A stretch of 64,000 nucleotides of DNA from a virus (Duplodnaviria; Heunggongvirae; Uroviricota; Caudoviricetes), in the IMG/VR virus record IMGVR_UViG_3300021066_000001. One strand, given 5' to 3'. Position numbers and translations under genes: made by a program. Within the stretch, counting starts at the first letter, position 1; every line of letters begins with the position of its first letter. Below, one piece after another: positions 1 to 8,860 of this stretch. The notes beneath the pieces were generated by a model. It was not told the DNA's origin. It was given only the letters and a program-made list of their open reading frames with translations, and searched no databases.

Positions 1-571
1 TCGGATCCTTGAACATCGTGATCGGTGCGCCGGCGACGACGAACATCGCGTCGGCCTTGCCGGTCTTGAGCCCGTTCAGGCCGTCGACCTGGCTCGCGGT
101 CAGCTCTTGCCACTTCGCGCCGGTCAGCTCCTTGAACACCTGGGTGGTGACGTACGTCGCCGAGCCTTGCGGGCCCTCGACGACGCGCTTTCCGGCGAGG
201 TCGGCGACGGACTTGGCCGGCGACTTCTCGGGAACAGCGACGTGGATCTCGGTCGAGAAGAAGGGAAAGACCATCTTGATCTTGTCCATCGTCGCCTTGT
301 CCTGGCCAGACATGAAGACCGCGGTGTCGATCGGAACGACGCCGAACTGAACGTCAGGCCGGCTCTTCACGGCGTAGATGTTCTCCTCGCCGCCGGCGGT
401 CTGGACGTTCTTGATCGAGAGGGTCGGACCGCTACAGGCGCGAACGATGTCTTGGACCATCGGGTAGTTGGTGCCGGTCGGCGGGCCCGAGGCGATGCCG
501 ATGGTGGACTGTTGGGCCAGCGCGGCGGTCGCGAGGGCCATCGAGGAGCAGATGACGAGGATGCGTTTCAT
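1..571 (-). CDS. Periplasmic solute-binding protein, partial (N-terminal 190 aa; runs off window start); TAXI/TRAP-like or PhnD-like SBP
   Basis: Not in ORF track (edge-truncated). Minus-strand translation MKRILVICSSMALATAALAQQSTIGIASGPPTGTNYPMVQDIV...GEENIYAVKSRPDVQFGVVPIDTAVF resembles TAXI-family SBPs (signal peptide, GxxxGxYY-like N-terminus). GGAGG SD 8 nt upstream; ATG at 571 overlaps stop of upstream gene (ATGA). Confidence 0.5.
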   Translation of the reverse strand, partial: MKRILVICSSMALATAALAQQSTIGIASGPPTGTNYPMVQDIVRACSGPTLSIKNVQTAGGEENIYAVKSRPDVQFGVVPIDTAVFMSGQDKATMDKIKMVFPFFSTEIHVAVPEKSPAKSVADLAGKRVVEGPQGSATYVTTQVFKELTGAKWQELTASQVDGLNGLKTGKADAMFVVAGAPITMFKDP

Positions 572-864
572 TTCTTGGCCTCCAGGAGCTTGCTCATCCC
601 AGCCGAGCTGGGACGGTTGACGGGTTGAGGGTCCGCGGCAGGGGGAGCTTGGACCGGCGCAGGTGCGGCCGGCTGAGCGACAGGCGCCGGCTGCGGCTTC
701 GGCGCCTCGATCGTTTGCACGACCGCTGGTTGCTGGGCAGCTTCTTGCACGACGGCGGTGGTCGACTTGAACGCGCCGCGCTCGTGAAGCTCCTTGAGAG
801 CGTATCCGGCGCCGCCCGCCACCGCGAGGATGAGCAAGAACTTCGGCAAGGGTTTTAGTTTCAT
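568..864 (-). CDS. Secreted/membrane-anchored Pro/Ala-rich protein
   Basis: ORF track; N-terminal signal/TM (KFLLILAVAGGAGYAL), PAPV-rich low complexity. Confidence 0.5.
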   Translation of the reverse strand: MKLKPLPKFLLILAVAGGAGYALKELHERGAFKSTTAVVQEAAQQPAVVQTIEAPKPQPAPVAQPAAPAPVQAPPAADPQPVNRPSSAGMSKLLEAKK

Positions 865-887
865 GTGGCCTCACTTATCATGGAATG

Positions 888-917
888 ATTAGAACATACC
901 TCAACGAGAGAGTAAAC
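888..917 (-). promoter_or_regulatory. sigma70/T4-early-like promoter, -35 GTTTAC / 18-nt spacer / -10 TCTAAT
   Basis: minus-strand GTTTAC at 917..912, TCTAAT at 893..888, upstream of the ATG at 864. Confidence 0.35.
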
Positions 918-1021
918 TCACTCTTGATCTCTTTTTGCGGCCTGGCGCAAGCTTCGCCGCCAGAGACGGGTCAGGAACATTCGCCACAACAGCTTGATCG
1001 GATTTCGCGTGCCGTAAATGC

Positions 1022-1687
1022 TCACTTGAACGCCTGCCAAAGCCCGGTACCCACCGAACCGCCGCAAAGCGCCGTCTTGAAGCCTGCCTCTAGTAAGAGG
1101 GCGTAGAGATTCTCTGGACTGATCCACTTAAAATGGGTGACGTGCGGCGGCAGGCCGTCACGAGCTTGCACGTGGTATACCGTGTCGCCGACGAGGTAGG
1201 ATACCTCCACGAAGTTGTGACCGTCGAGCGTGTATTCACGCACCTTCGGAGCACGCGGCGGCGCGACGTTGAACGTGTTGAAGGCGAAGACGCCCCCGGG
1301 CGCGAGCACCGCGTACACGTCCCGCGCGGTCTCGGGAGTCAGCCAATAGTTGATCCCCTGTTGGCACGCGACGACGTCGTACGGCACGTCGTGCACCCAC
1401 CACCGACGCAAGACGTGCTCTACCTGGTCGTGGAAGATGCGGTTGGCGCGGTTGCATGCCCAGAGCGCGGTCCGTGCCTCGGCGGTGAGCATGTCGGGCT
1501 CGTCGTCGACGTAGGACACCCGCGCGGCTCCCGCGTTGATCGCGTGCAGGGAGAGGCGCCCGCCTCCGCCGCAGAGGTCAAGCACGTGCTTACCTTCTAG
1601 CACAACGCCCTCTAGCAGCTCGGCCGGCGTCCGCTTGAAGAAGCGCTGGTAGAGCTGCTCGTAGACCTCGTGGATGGGGTAACGCAT
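1022..1687 (-). CDS. Class I SAM-dependent methyltransferase
   Basis: VLDLCGGGGRLSLHA (motif I GxGxG), acidic residue after beta2 (YVDDEPDM). Confidence 0.7.
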   Translation of the reverse strand: MRYPIHEVYEQLYQRFFKRTPAELLEGVVLEGKHVLDLCGGGGRLSLHAINAGAARVSYVDDEPDMLTAEARTALWACNRANRIFHDQVEHVLRRWWVHDVPYDVVACQQGINYWLTPETARDVYAVLAPGGVFAFNTFNVAPPRAPKVREYTLDGHNFVEVSYLVGDTVYHVQARDGLPPHVTHFKWISPENLYALLLEAGFKTALCGGSVGTGLWQAFK

Positions 1688-2775
1688 CAGTACTTGATCA
1701 GGAAGGCGCCGTGGCCCTCGATGTTGAAGATGTCTTCTTGAGGAATCACTCGCTCGGCATCGCGCACGGTGCCCGCTGGGGCGTAGGGAAGAGTGGGTGC
1801 TCCAGGCACTTGACGGTGCCAGTGGATGATCGATTGACAGGTCGTTTTCTTGAAGATCATGTCGAGGAGCGGGGCGTTGAGGGTCGCTTTCCGCCCCTCG
1901 GTGATCACCTCACGAAACGTGTGATCGACGACCTTCACGTAGACCCGGTCATCGAGCTCATTCTTGCCGCGCCCGGTGGTCAGAAAGCTGCCGTTGATTC
2001 CACGCACCGCGATCGTGCCGAAGACGTAGCCCTCAGGAGTCGTCTCGAACATCTTCTCGTGAGAGCGCACCTCGCTCTCGAATCGCTTGAACATCAACGC
2101 CCAGATCGGATTTGCCGTTGAGCGGGGTGCCTCTTGATCGACCGTCGTCGTGTAGTACTTGTCGGCGGCGCACTCGAGGATGAACTTCTTGAGGTCACCG
2201 GCCTTGCGATCTAGCACCCCGCGCTCGCGGGTGACGATCAGCTTCCGAGAGAGATCGTTCGTGTCGTTCGCAAAGACGGCCGTCGCCTTAGCCTCGAGGA
2301 CGATCCCGTACGCGGCAGAGATGAGCTCCTCCTCTTGAACGTTCGTCAACAGCTTGAACGCGAAGAGCTTTGTCCACGGAGCCGCCTTCTTGACCTCGTC
2401 GACGATCCGAGGAGCGATCGTGAAGTTGATCGGGATGACGTCTCCGGGCTTGTAGTTGTGGCTCGGAAACTTCGTCGTCATCTCGACAGCCGGAATCAGG
2501 TTAGCGACGGCGGCGCCGAGCACGACGGCGTCGAAGTCCTTGGCCATCTTCGTCACCAGGTCTAGATAGTCGTGGATGCCGCGGTGGGTGATGATCCGCA
2601 GGTCGACCGATCCGGTCGGAAGCTCAGCTCCCTTCGCCGTGAGATAGGTGACCTCGGCGTGGTAGCTCAGCTCCTCAGCGAGTTCGGCCATCAATCCGCC
2701 TCTGAACCGGTTCGTGATGATCTTGACCGGGTCGAGGTGAGCGTGGACCGGACCGCCGGTGACGAGGATTCTCAT
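1687..2775 (-). CDS. CoaB-like (phosphopantothenate-cysteine ligase / DFP family) domain fused to a C-terminal domain of unknown function
   Basis: Start trimmed to the internal ATG (MRILVTGGPVHAHLDPVKIITN...), abutting the next gene's stop. Matches E. coli Dfp CoaB domain blocks: ITAGPTREPxDPVR, CAAVADY ~ GAAVANL, ICANDV ~ VFANDT. Confidence 0.6.
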   Translation of the reverse strand: MRILVTGGPVHAHLDPVKIITNRFRGGLMAELAEELSYHAEVTYLTAKGAELPTGSVDLRIITHRGIHDYLDLVTKMAKDFDAVVLGAAVANLIPAVEMTTKFPSHNYKPGDVIPINFTIAPRIVDEVKKAAPWTKLFAFKLLTNVQEEELISAAYGIVLEAKATAVFANDTNDLSRKLIVTRERGVLDRKAGDLKKFILECAADKYYTTTVDQEAPRSTANPIWALMFKRFESEVRSHEKMFETTPEGYVFGTIAVRGINGSFLTTGRGKNELDDRVYVKVVDHTFREVITEGRKATLNAPLLDMIFKKTTCQSIIHWHRQVPGAPTLPYAPAGTVRDAERVIPQEDIFNIEGHGAFLIKY

Positions 2776-3338
2776 TAGCTGTCTTCGCTCTTGTCTTGCC
2801 TGTTCCAGAGGTTGAGACACTTGCGGGCTCGCCTCGCCCACTCCCTCGGCGTCATGTCGAAGTTGGCGTCGCCGAAGAGGATCAGCGCGTTGTCCTTGGG
2901 GACACCGAAGATGATGCCGAGGTTGCGGAAGGGATCGTCCTCCACAAAGCATTGGAGGCTGGGGTTGAGCTGCTCGTCGAACTCCAGGCTGACGTTGCCG
3001 TCACCCTCCAGCTTCAGCTCGAGACCGAGCTTCCGAAAGTAAGGGAGCACAGCGGCGTGGCCAGCCGCGCAGGCGGTCGTTCCGCAGCGCCCGATGTGGC
3101 ACTCCGACAGCGTGTCGCCCGGGACGAGACCCATCTTCTCGGCCTTCGCCTGCCGCGAGGTGACGGTTCGGCCAGGAATCGTGGCCCAGTAGGCCATGTT
3201 GAAGTGCTTGCCTCGCTCGGGCGGCAGCTTCTCCATGTGCTCGATGAGCTTCTTCAGCCGCTTGTCTCCGAAATGTTCTGTGAAGTTCAAGTGCGATCTC
3301 CGTGGATTGTAACAATTAATGTAGATGTAACTTTGCAT
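2775..3338 (-). CDS. Hypothetical protein, KHFNM...CGTxACAxG family (paralog of 40105..40605)
   Basis: Shares the KHFNM-x-W...CGT(T/S)ACA(A/L)G(H/F)AAV.P.F..LGLE motif with the ORF at 40105..40605. Confidence 0.6.
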   Translation of the reverse strand: MQSYIYINCYNPRRSHLNFTEHFGDKRLKKLIEHMEKLPPERGKHFNMAYWATIPGRTVTSRQAKAEKMGLVPGDTLSECHIGRCGTTACAAGHAAVLPYFRKLGLELKLEGDGNVSLEFDEQLNPSLQCFVEDDPFRNLGIIFGVPKDNALILFGDANFDMTPREWARRARKCLNLWNRQDKSEDS

Positions 3339-3608
3339 CTATGAAGAGACGATGAACCTGAGGGTTTTCACGTTGGCCGGAATCTTGTCTAGGTCGACCT
3401 CGAACCCCGACTCCCAGTCTCCGTGGTAGTCACGTGTAGGGACCTCGACCTCCAGGCCCGACGGATCTGGATCTTGCCCACCGAAGAACTCTGAGACGCT
3501 CTCAGGCACTTCGACATTTGCCTTCTTGCAAGCGTCCCAGACCTCCTTCATCTCTCTCCACTTTTCGTCAGGCGGCACAAATCCCATCACGTGCAAAGAT
3601 AAGCTCAT
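3339..3608 (-). CDS. Hypothetical protein (89 aa)
   Basis: ORF track, start trimmed to the internal ATG that overlaps the stop of the ABC ATPase. Confidence 0.4.
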   Translation of the reverse strand: MSLSLHVMGFVPPDEKWREMKEVWDACKKANVEVPESVSEFFGGQDPDPSGLEVEVPTRDYHGDWESGFEVDLDKIPANVKTLRFIVSS

Positions 3609-4447
3609 CAGATGCTCCCGAAGAGACCCTTGATCTCGCGGACCGTGGGCCAGAAGTTGGGGTGAGCGGTAACGTCGCTCGTCCAAGCGAGACCTCGAGC
3701 GATCAGGTCATACTCCTTGACGAGGTACGCGCCAGGAACGAAGTCGCCCTTGTCGTCACGATCACGCCCCAGGACCCAGATCGTGTCGGCGATCGCGACC
3801 GCTTGCTCGATGTCGTGGGTGGTGACGATGATCGTGTTGTACTCGTTCTGCTGGGAGACCTGGAGCACGAGCTTAGCCGCGATCTCCTTGTTGATCGGGT
3901 CGAGCCCCGAGAAGGGCTCGTCCATCAAGATGTAGAAGCTGCTGCACAGCACCTGCTGGATGATCGCGACCCGCTGGCGCATCCCGCCTGAGATCTGAGA
4001 CGGGTAGAGATTCTTGGTGTGGGTCAGGCCGAACTTCTCCATCAGTTCGACGACGTCCTCATCGGACTTCTGGTGGCGACCAGCCGCTAGCTTTAGGTTG
4101 CTCCAGATCGTTCGGTGCTTGAGAAGCGGGTAGCTCTGAAAGACGACGCCGACGTCTCCGGCCTGGGGCTCCTTGTAGGTAGCCGCAGCCTTGTCGCTGC
4201 CGGGGTTCACGCGGTAGCTGATCTTGCCAGACGTCGAGCGCTGAAGCCCGGCCAGACACTTGAAGAGCTGAGTCTTGCCGACGCCCGACGGTCCGAGCAG
4301 CGCAACGACCTGTCCCTGCGTCAGCCCGGGCCGCTTGATGTTGTCGACCTTGAGGTTGACGTCTCGGAGGATCACCTTGGGTCCGTACGAGAGGCCTAGC
4401 CCCTCGACGGTAAGCAAGCGGCTGCCGAGAGAGAAGTCGCGACTCAC
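3608..4447 (-). CDS. ABC transporter ATP-binding protein (SsuB/TauB/NrtD-like family)
   Basis: Walker A GPSGVGKT, signature LSGGMRQRVAI, Walker B ILMDEPFSGLD, H-loop TTHD. Confidence 0.85.
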   Translation of the reverse strand: MSRDFSLGSRLLTVEGLGLSYGPKVILRDVNLKVDNIKRPGLTQGQVVALLGPSGVGKTQLFKCLAGLQRSTSGKISYRVNPGSDKAAATYKEPQAGDVGVVFQSYPLLKHRTIWSNLKLAAGRHQKSDEDVVELMEKFGLTHTKNLYPSQISGGMRQRVAIIQQVLCSSFYILMDEPFSGLDPINKEIAAKLVLQVSQQNEYNTIIVTTHDIEQAVAIADTIWVLGRDRDDKGDFVPGAYLVKEYDLIARGLAWTSDVTAHPNFWPTVREIKGLFGSI

Positions 4448-4746
4448 GACGCCCTCGAGCTGCCCTTGCAGATCACCGCACGTTGTCCAGTTAAGCCAGA
4501 ATGCGGAATCACCTTCGCGATCGCTCGCCGAAGCTCCTCAAGATCGGCTCGATCCTTCTCTAGCTCCATCACGTGGGAGGCGACGCGGCTGATCATCGTC
4601 GCCTTGAAGACCTGCGCGGTCATCTGACCAGGCTTCTTCTCGTACCCCTTCTCGAGGTCGAAGCAAGAGAGCAGAGAGTAGAGCTGCTCGATCGTGAGGT
4701 ACGAGAGCACCTCGGTGAAGATGTCACGCTGCTTTAGATCCATCAC
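4444..4746 (-). CDS. Hypothetical protein
   Basis: ORF track; 4-nt overlaps with neighbours. Confidence 0.4.
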   Translation of the reverse strand: MMDLKQRDIFTEVLSYLTIEQLYSLLSCFDLEKGYEKKPGQMTAQVFKATMISRVASHVMELEKDRADLEELRRAIAKVIPHSGLTGQRAVICKGSSRAS

Positions 4747-5051
4747 GGCCTCCTGAGGTTAAACATGCGAACGGTGTACCAGATCGCGAGCGGCCAGTAG
4801 ATCCAGCCAAACAGCACGCAAACGAAAAGCTCACCGGGGTGATACTTCTTGTCGACCGTCGCCAGAGCCGCCCAGCTGAGAAGTCCAGCCCCAAAGATGT
4901 AATAGCAGATGGGGGCGAAGTGGTCGTCTGGCGCGGCGATGAACCAGGGATGATGCTTGAAGGTCCCGAGAATCACGGCCGCGACGATGATCGCGACGAC
5001 CACCCCCAAGATCACCATGACCTCAAACTTGTCGCGAGGGCGGGCTTTCAT
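4743..5051 (-). CDS. Small integral membrane protein
   Basis: Start trimmed to the ATG overlapping the permease stop (ATGA); three hydrophobic segments. Confidence 0.45.
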   Translation of the reverse strand: MKARPRDKFEVMVILGVVVAIIVAAVILGTFKHHPWFIAAPDDHFAPICYYIFGAGLLSWAALATVDKKYHPGELFVCVLFGWIYWPLAIWYTVRMFNLRRP

Positions 5052-5827
5052 CGAGCGCTCGTCAACGCGACGTAGGGGCAGATGATGTTGCGAATCCACC
5101 TCAGCGCGTAGTCCTGGAGAATTCCGTAGACCAAGATGGTTAATTGTATCGCAAAGATCGCGTCGAGATTTAGGTGCTTGCTCATGTTCATCAGCAACGC
5201 TCCGATCCCGCCCTCATACCTGACGAGCCCCTCCACCATCGAGAGGAGAGTCCACCCGATCGCGGCGTTTTGCCTGATCAGGTCGAACGCTTCATCCATG
5301 CGGCCACGCACGACCACCTCGAAGGTGGCGCGCCACCCCGAGAGCCCGAGGGTCTTCGCGTAGTCGATCTCCTCCTGCGTCACGCTGTCGATGATCGCGA
5401 GCATGTTAGTCAGCAAGAAGGCGGTCATCCCGAAGGTCAAGAGCCAGATCTTGAGCGCGGCGCCGTCGGACGTCCACAGGGTGAAGAAGAAGGTGATGCC
5501 CGCGAAGCCGAGAAATCTCAGCGAGGTCATCCACCTGATGATCGGCTTGAAGGCGGGCGCGGTGTAGAGCACACCCAGGCCGAGCGTGATCGCCGACGCG
5601 TAGAAGATCGCCGACGCGATCGTGACGGAGCTCTTCCAGAGCTCGACGAGCATCCCCTGGGTCGTCGCTAGCATCTCCCAGGCTTGCAAGATCTCTAGCG
5701 GGTTTGGGATGAGCTTGTACGGCGAGATGAACCAGAGAACGAGCAAGATGATCGCTTGCCCGATCGCTAGGATCTTGAGTGACCCGACCGGCTCAAACGG
5801 AACTACGTAGCTCTTCAACGATCCCAC
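5048..5827 (-). CDS. ABC transporter permease (SsuC/TauC-type inner-membrane component)
   Basis: Multiple TM helices; EAA-like loop region (...DYAKTLGLSGWRATFEVVVRG...). Confidence 0.75.
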   Translation of the reverse strand: MGSLKSYVVPFEPVGSLKILAIGQAIILLVLWFISPYKLIPNPLEILQAWEMLATTQGMLVELWKSSVTIASAIFYASAITLGLGVLYTAPAFKPIIRWMTSLRFLGFAGITFFFTLWTSDGAALKIWLLTFGMTAFLLTNMLAIIDSVTQEEIDYAKTLGLSGWRATFEVVVRGRMDEAFDLIRQNAAIGWTLLSMVEGLVRYEGGIGALLMNMSKHLNLDAIFAIQLTILVYGILQDYALRWIRNIICPYVALTSAR

Positions 5828-5912
5828 TCGACGCCTCCGTCGTTAGTTTGGGCGAGCACCTTGGGTTCGAACCAAGATCTTACGAGCCAACTCCCTCGTG
5901 CTCGCTTACGTC

Positions 5913-7697
5913 TTAGTTCGCGCGGAGGATAACCTCGACGCGACGGTTCCTCGAGCGCCCGGCGGCGCTCGCGTTGCTCTCCACCGGCATGTCCTGGCCG
6001 TAGCCGCGGGTGGCGATCCGGCTCTCCGGGAAGGCCTCGCGCGAGTTCGTCATCAGGAAGTTCTTCACCGCGTCCGCGCGCTCCTTCGAGAGCGATTGGT
6101 TGCGGGTCGGGTCACCGGTGCTGTCGGTATGTCCGTTGATCTGGACCGACATCCCCGAGACCGCTACCTGGTTGAGGAGCTCGTCCAGCACCGTCGCTGC
6201 CCTCTCGTTGAAGGTCGCCTTGCCGCTGTCGAATTCGATCGTCCAGGCGCGTTTGGCGACGACGTCACCGCGGGCCGCGTCACGGTAGACCGGCAGATCG
6301 GCCTTCGCCATTCGGGTCACCTTGCTGGCGACGCTCTCGATGTACTTCGAGGTCACCACCTGGTTGTAGGGCACCAGGCGCGGCAGCTCGGACGGGTAGA
6401 AGCGGTTGTCCATCTCGCCGAAGACGGTGTAGACGCGCTTGTAGATGTCGTCCTTGCCGCCGACGCCGAAGAGGTGGACGTTGTCCGCGAGGCCGATCGT
6501 GGTCGATCCGCCCAGCTGAACGCCGTACATCTCCTTGCCCTTGAAGTACGTCTTCCAGTAGGCGCCGTCCTCCTCCTTGAAGACCTTGGCGGCGGTCTCG
6601 GCGGCCTGGGTCAGCGCGACGTCGTTCGAGCGGACCAGCTCGCCGCCCTCCCAGGCTGCCGAGAGCATGCCCTCGACGAAGCGGGAGTTCTGCGCCATCC
6701 ACTGCTTGTTCCCGATCACGATCGACGGCATCATCATCGCGTACTCCCTCGTCGACGCGACGGAGGCGATGCCGGCGCAGGCGAGGCGCTTCTCGTTGCA
6801 CTTGGTGACGACGTTGACGTCGCCCGGCGTCCAGGTCGCGGTCCCGTTCTGGCAGGCCTTGACCGTCTTGCCGGTCTTCTTTCCGTTGTTCACCTCGGGT
6901 CGGTTCTCGCAGTAGCCGTTGATCAACTTCTCGTCGGCCTCGGTGAAGGCGCTGACCGAGACGAAGTTCATCGCGTTCGGGTCATACGTCTTCTCGTCCG
7001 GGTTGACCGGGATGCCGTTGTCACCCGCCCACTTCATGCAGATGTGAACGTCGCCGTCGCGGAGAACGCCGCCGATCAGCGAGCCGCGCGCCTTTTGCGG
7101 GTCGGCCTTGACGGCCGCCGGCAGCATGCACTTGTCCTCGCCGCGGGAGAAGCCGATCGCGCCGACCACCTGGATCTCCTGGCCGAGCTTGTTCAGCACC
7201 TGCTGGGCGCCGTACGCGAAGCCGGGCAGGGCGTCACCCATGATGACGGCGAACGCCGCTCCTCGGTTCGGCACCGCGACGCCCTTGGAGACGTCCTCGG
7301 CGAAGGCGACCAGCTCGGCGGTGATCTTGCCGTAGTCGTCCTCGCGCTGCACGTCGAGCTTGACCCCGGCCTTGGCCATCAGGCTGTTCGGAGCCGTTGA
7401 CGGGCCGCCGTTCGCGTACATCAGGCCCAGCGTCCCGTTCCAGGGAATCGTCAGGAACTTCACCCGGATGTCGCTGTTCCCGGCCGGCGCGAGCGCCACC
7501 TGGGTGACCTGCGCTCCTGCGCTCGGGGCCGGGGCGCCGAGGTTGCCTGACGGCAGGTCGACGCGAGTCGGCACGCTCGACGCGACGGTGGGTTTGGTGT
7601 TGAAATAACCGCGTTGGTCCGCATAGTTGTAGCCGAAGTAGGCTGCGATTGCCACGACGGCCACGACCAGGGCTTTGCCTCCAGCTTTCAATTGCAT
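5913..7697 (-). CDS. ABC-type substrate-binding protein (NMT1/SsuA/TauA-like) fused to a C-terminal OmpA/MotB peptidoglycan-binding domain
   Basis: N-terminal signal/TM; C-terminal OmpA_C hallmark TIEFDSGKATF...VQINGHTDSTGDPTRNQSLSKERADAVKNFL...RRVEVIL. Confidence 0.7.
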   Translation of the reverse strand: MQLKAGGKALVVAVVAIAAYFGYNYADQRGYFNTKPTVASSVPTRVDLPSGNLGAPAPSAGAQVTQVALAPAGNSDIRVKFLTIPWNGTLGLMYANGGPSTAPNSLMAKAGVKLDVQREDDYGKITAELVAFAEDVSKGVAVPNRGAAFAVIMGDALPGFAYGAQQVLNKLGQEIQVVGAIGFSRGEDKCMLPAAVKADPQKARGSLIGGVLRDGDVHICMKWAGDNGIPVNPDEKTYDPNAMNFVSVSAFTEADEKLINGYCENRPEVNNGKKTGKTVKACQNGTATWTPGDVNVVTKCNEKRLACAGIASVASTREYAMMMPSIVIGNKQWMAQNSRFVEGMLSAAWEGGELVRSNDVALTQAAETAAKVFKEEDGAYWKTYFKGKEMYGVQLGGSTTIGLADNVHLFGVGGKDDIYKRVYTVFGEMDNRFYPSELPRLVPYNQVVTSKYIESVASKVTRMAKADLPVYRDAARGDVVAKRAWTIEFDSGKATFNERAATVLDELLNQVAVSGMSVQINGHTDSTGDPTRNQSLSKERADAVKNFLMTNSREAFPESRIATRGYGQDMPVESNASAAGRSRNRRVEVILRAN

Positions 7698-7728
7698 GGT
7701 TAAAGCTCCCGTTGGTGGTTTGAAAGAG

Positions 7729-8838
7729 TTACTTCTTTGCTCTACCAGAGCCGAAGAACTGGTCCTGGTAGTCTCCGCCGCTCACGGAGACCGCCTCGTC
7801 GGCGGCGATCCGGGTCGGCAGGGATTCGGTGACGTGGTGCTCGATGAGGAGACGCTTCTCGCCGCCAAGCAGCAGCGAGTCGGTCTGGTTCTCGAACTTC
7901 GCCAGCTTCTCGAGCGCTTCGGCTTGCCACACGCCGTTTTGCAGGTCGATGCCCTCGAGGACGCCGCGCGTCGAGTCCATGAAGTCTTCGATCTCGCCGA
8001 GCTTCTTGCCGTACTCGGCGGCGGTGTACTCCATCGCCTGCTCGAACAGCTCGTACTCGTCGCCTGAGCCGCGGAGAATCGCCATCGCCTTCGACATCGC
8101 CTTGTGCGACGCCCTGATCATGTCGCGCTCTTGCTCCCTGACGCTCACCTCGTTCTTGATCTCGGTGATCGCGTTGGCCGACGCGATCTCATACTTGATC
8201 AGCGCCTTGTAGAGCATCTGCATCTTCGACAGCGCACCCTCGAGCCGCTTGTTGAGGGCGGTCAGCCGGCCGTGCTGGTTGCTGTTGATGCCCATCTGCG
8301 ACTTGGCGGAGAGGACGGCCTCCTGGTCGCCGCGCGCCTCGGCCTTGAGCCCCATCTCTCGAGCCGCCGCGACCATCTTGAGAGCCTTTGCGGCCTCGTC
8401 CTGGTTTTTCTGGATCTTCTGTTCGGCGATCGAGATCTGCCCCTTGAGGGCCGACTTGCTCTCCCGGAGCTCGGTGAGCTTCTCGTTGAGGGTCGAGATG
8501 TACCCCTTCATGATCCCGATCGGGTCGATCTCGACGAACCACTGGGTGATCCACCGCATCACGCTCTTGAAGCCGTAGTTGACCAGCAACCACACCTTCC
8601 GGTTGGTGACGAAGAGCGCCAGGAGCGCGAGGCCGACGGCCGAGATCGTCGCGGCGATCGCCGCGTTGAAGAGCGCCGCGAGGTTGTTGAACATCGTGAT
8701 GAAGATCGGCGAGATGACGTTGAAGCCCATCGCGACGCCGAGTGCGATGAGGGCGATGACGATCATGCCGGTGGTGCCTTCTGGCTTGCTCCAGAAGGAC
8801 TTCGGCTTGAAGTCGCTGGGGACGGACGTGGGTAGCAT
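7729..8838 (-). CDS. Membrane-anchored PspA/IM30 (phage-shock protein A)-like coiled-coil protein
   Basis: Two N-terminal TM helices followed by ~250 aa of heptad-rich sequence resembling PspA/Vipp1 (LIQEMED.LVE-like block MRWITQWFVEIDPIGIMKGYISTLNEKL...). Confidence 0.45.
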   Translation of the reverse strand: MLPTSVPSDFKPKSFWSKPEGTTGMIVIALIALGVAMGFNVISPIFITMFNNLAALFNAAIAATISAVGLALLALFVTNRKVWLLVNYGFKSVMRWITQWFVEIDPIGIMKGYISTLNEKLTELRESKSALKGQISIAEQKIQKNQDEAAKALKMVAAAREMGLKAEARGDQEAVLSAKSQMGINSNQHGRLTALNKRLEGALSKMQMLYKALIKYEIASANAITEIKNEVSVREQERDMIRASHKAMSKAMAILRGSGDEYELFEQAMEYTAAEYGKKLGEIEDFMDSTRGVLEGIDLQNGVWQAEALEKLAKFENQTDSLLLGGEKRLLIEHHVTESLPTRIAADEAVSVSGGDYQDQFFGSGRAKK

Positions 8839-8860
8839 CGGTTTGCCTCCGGGTTGGTGA

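Noticed and set aside
5898-7400. 500-aa plus-strand ORF antisense to the SBP-OmpA gene
   Set aside because: Arg/Ala/Gly-rich translation typical of the antisense frame of high-GC coding DNA; no motifs; fully overlapped by a well-supported minus-strand gene.
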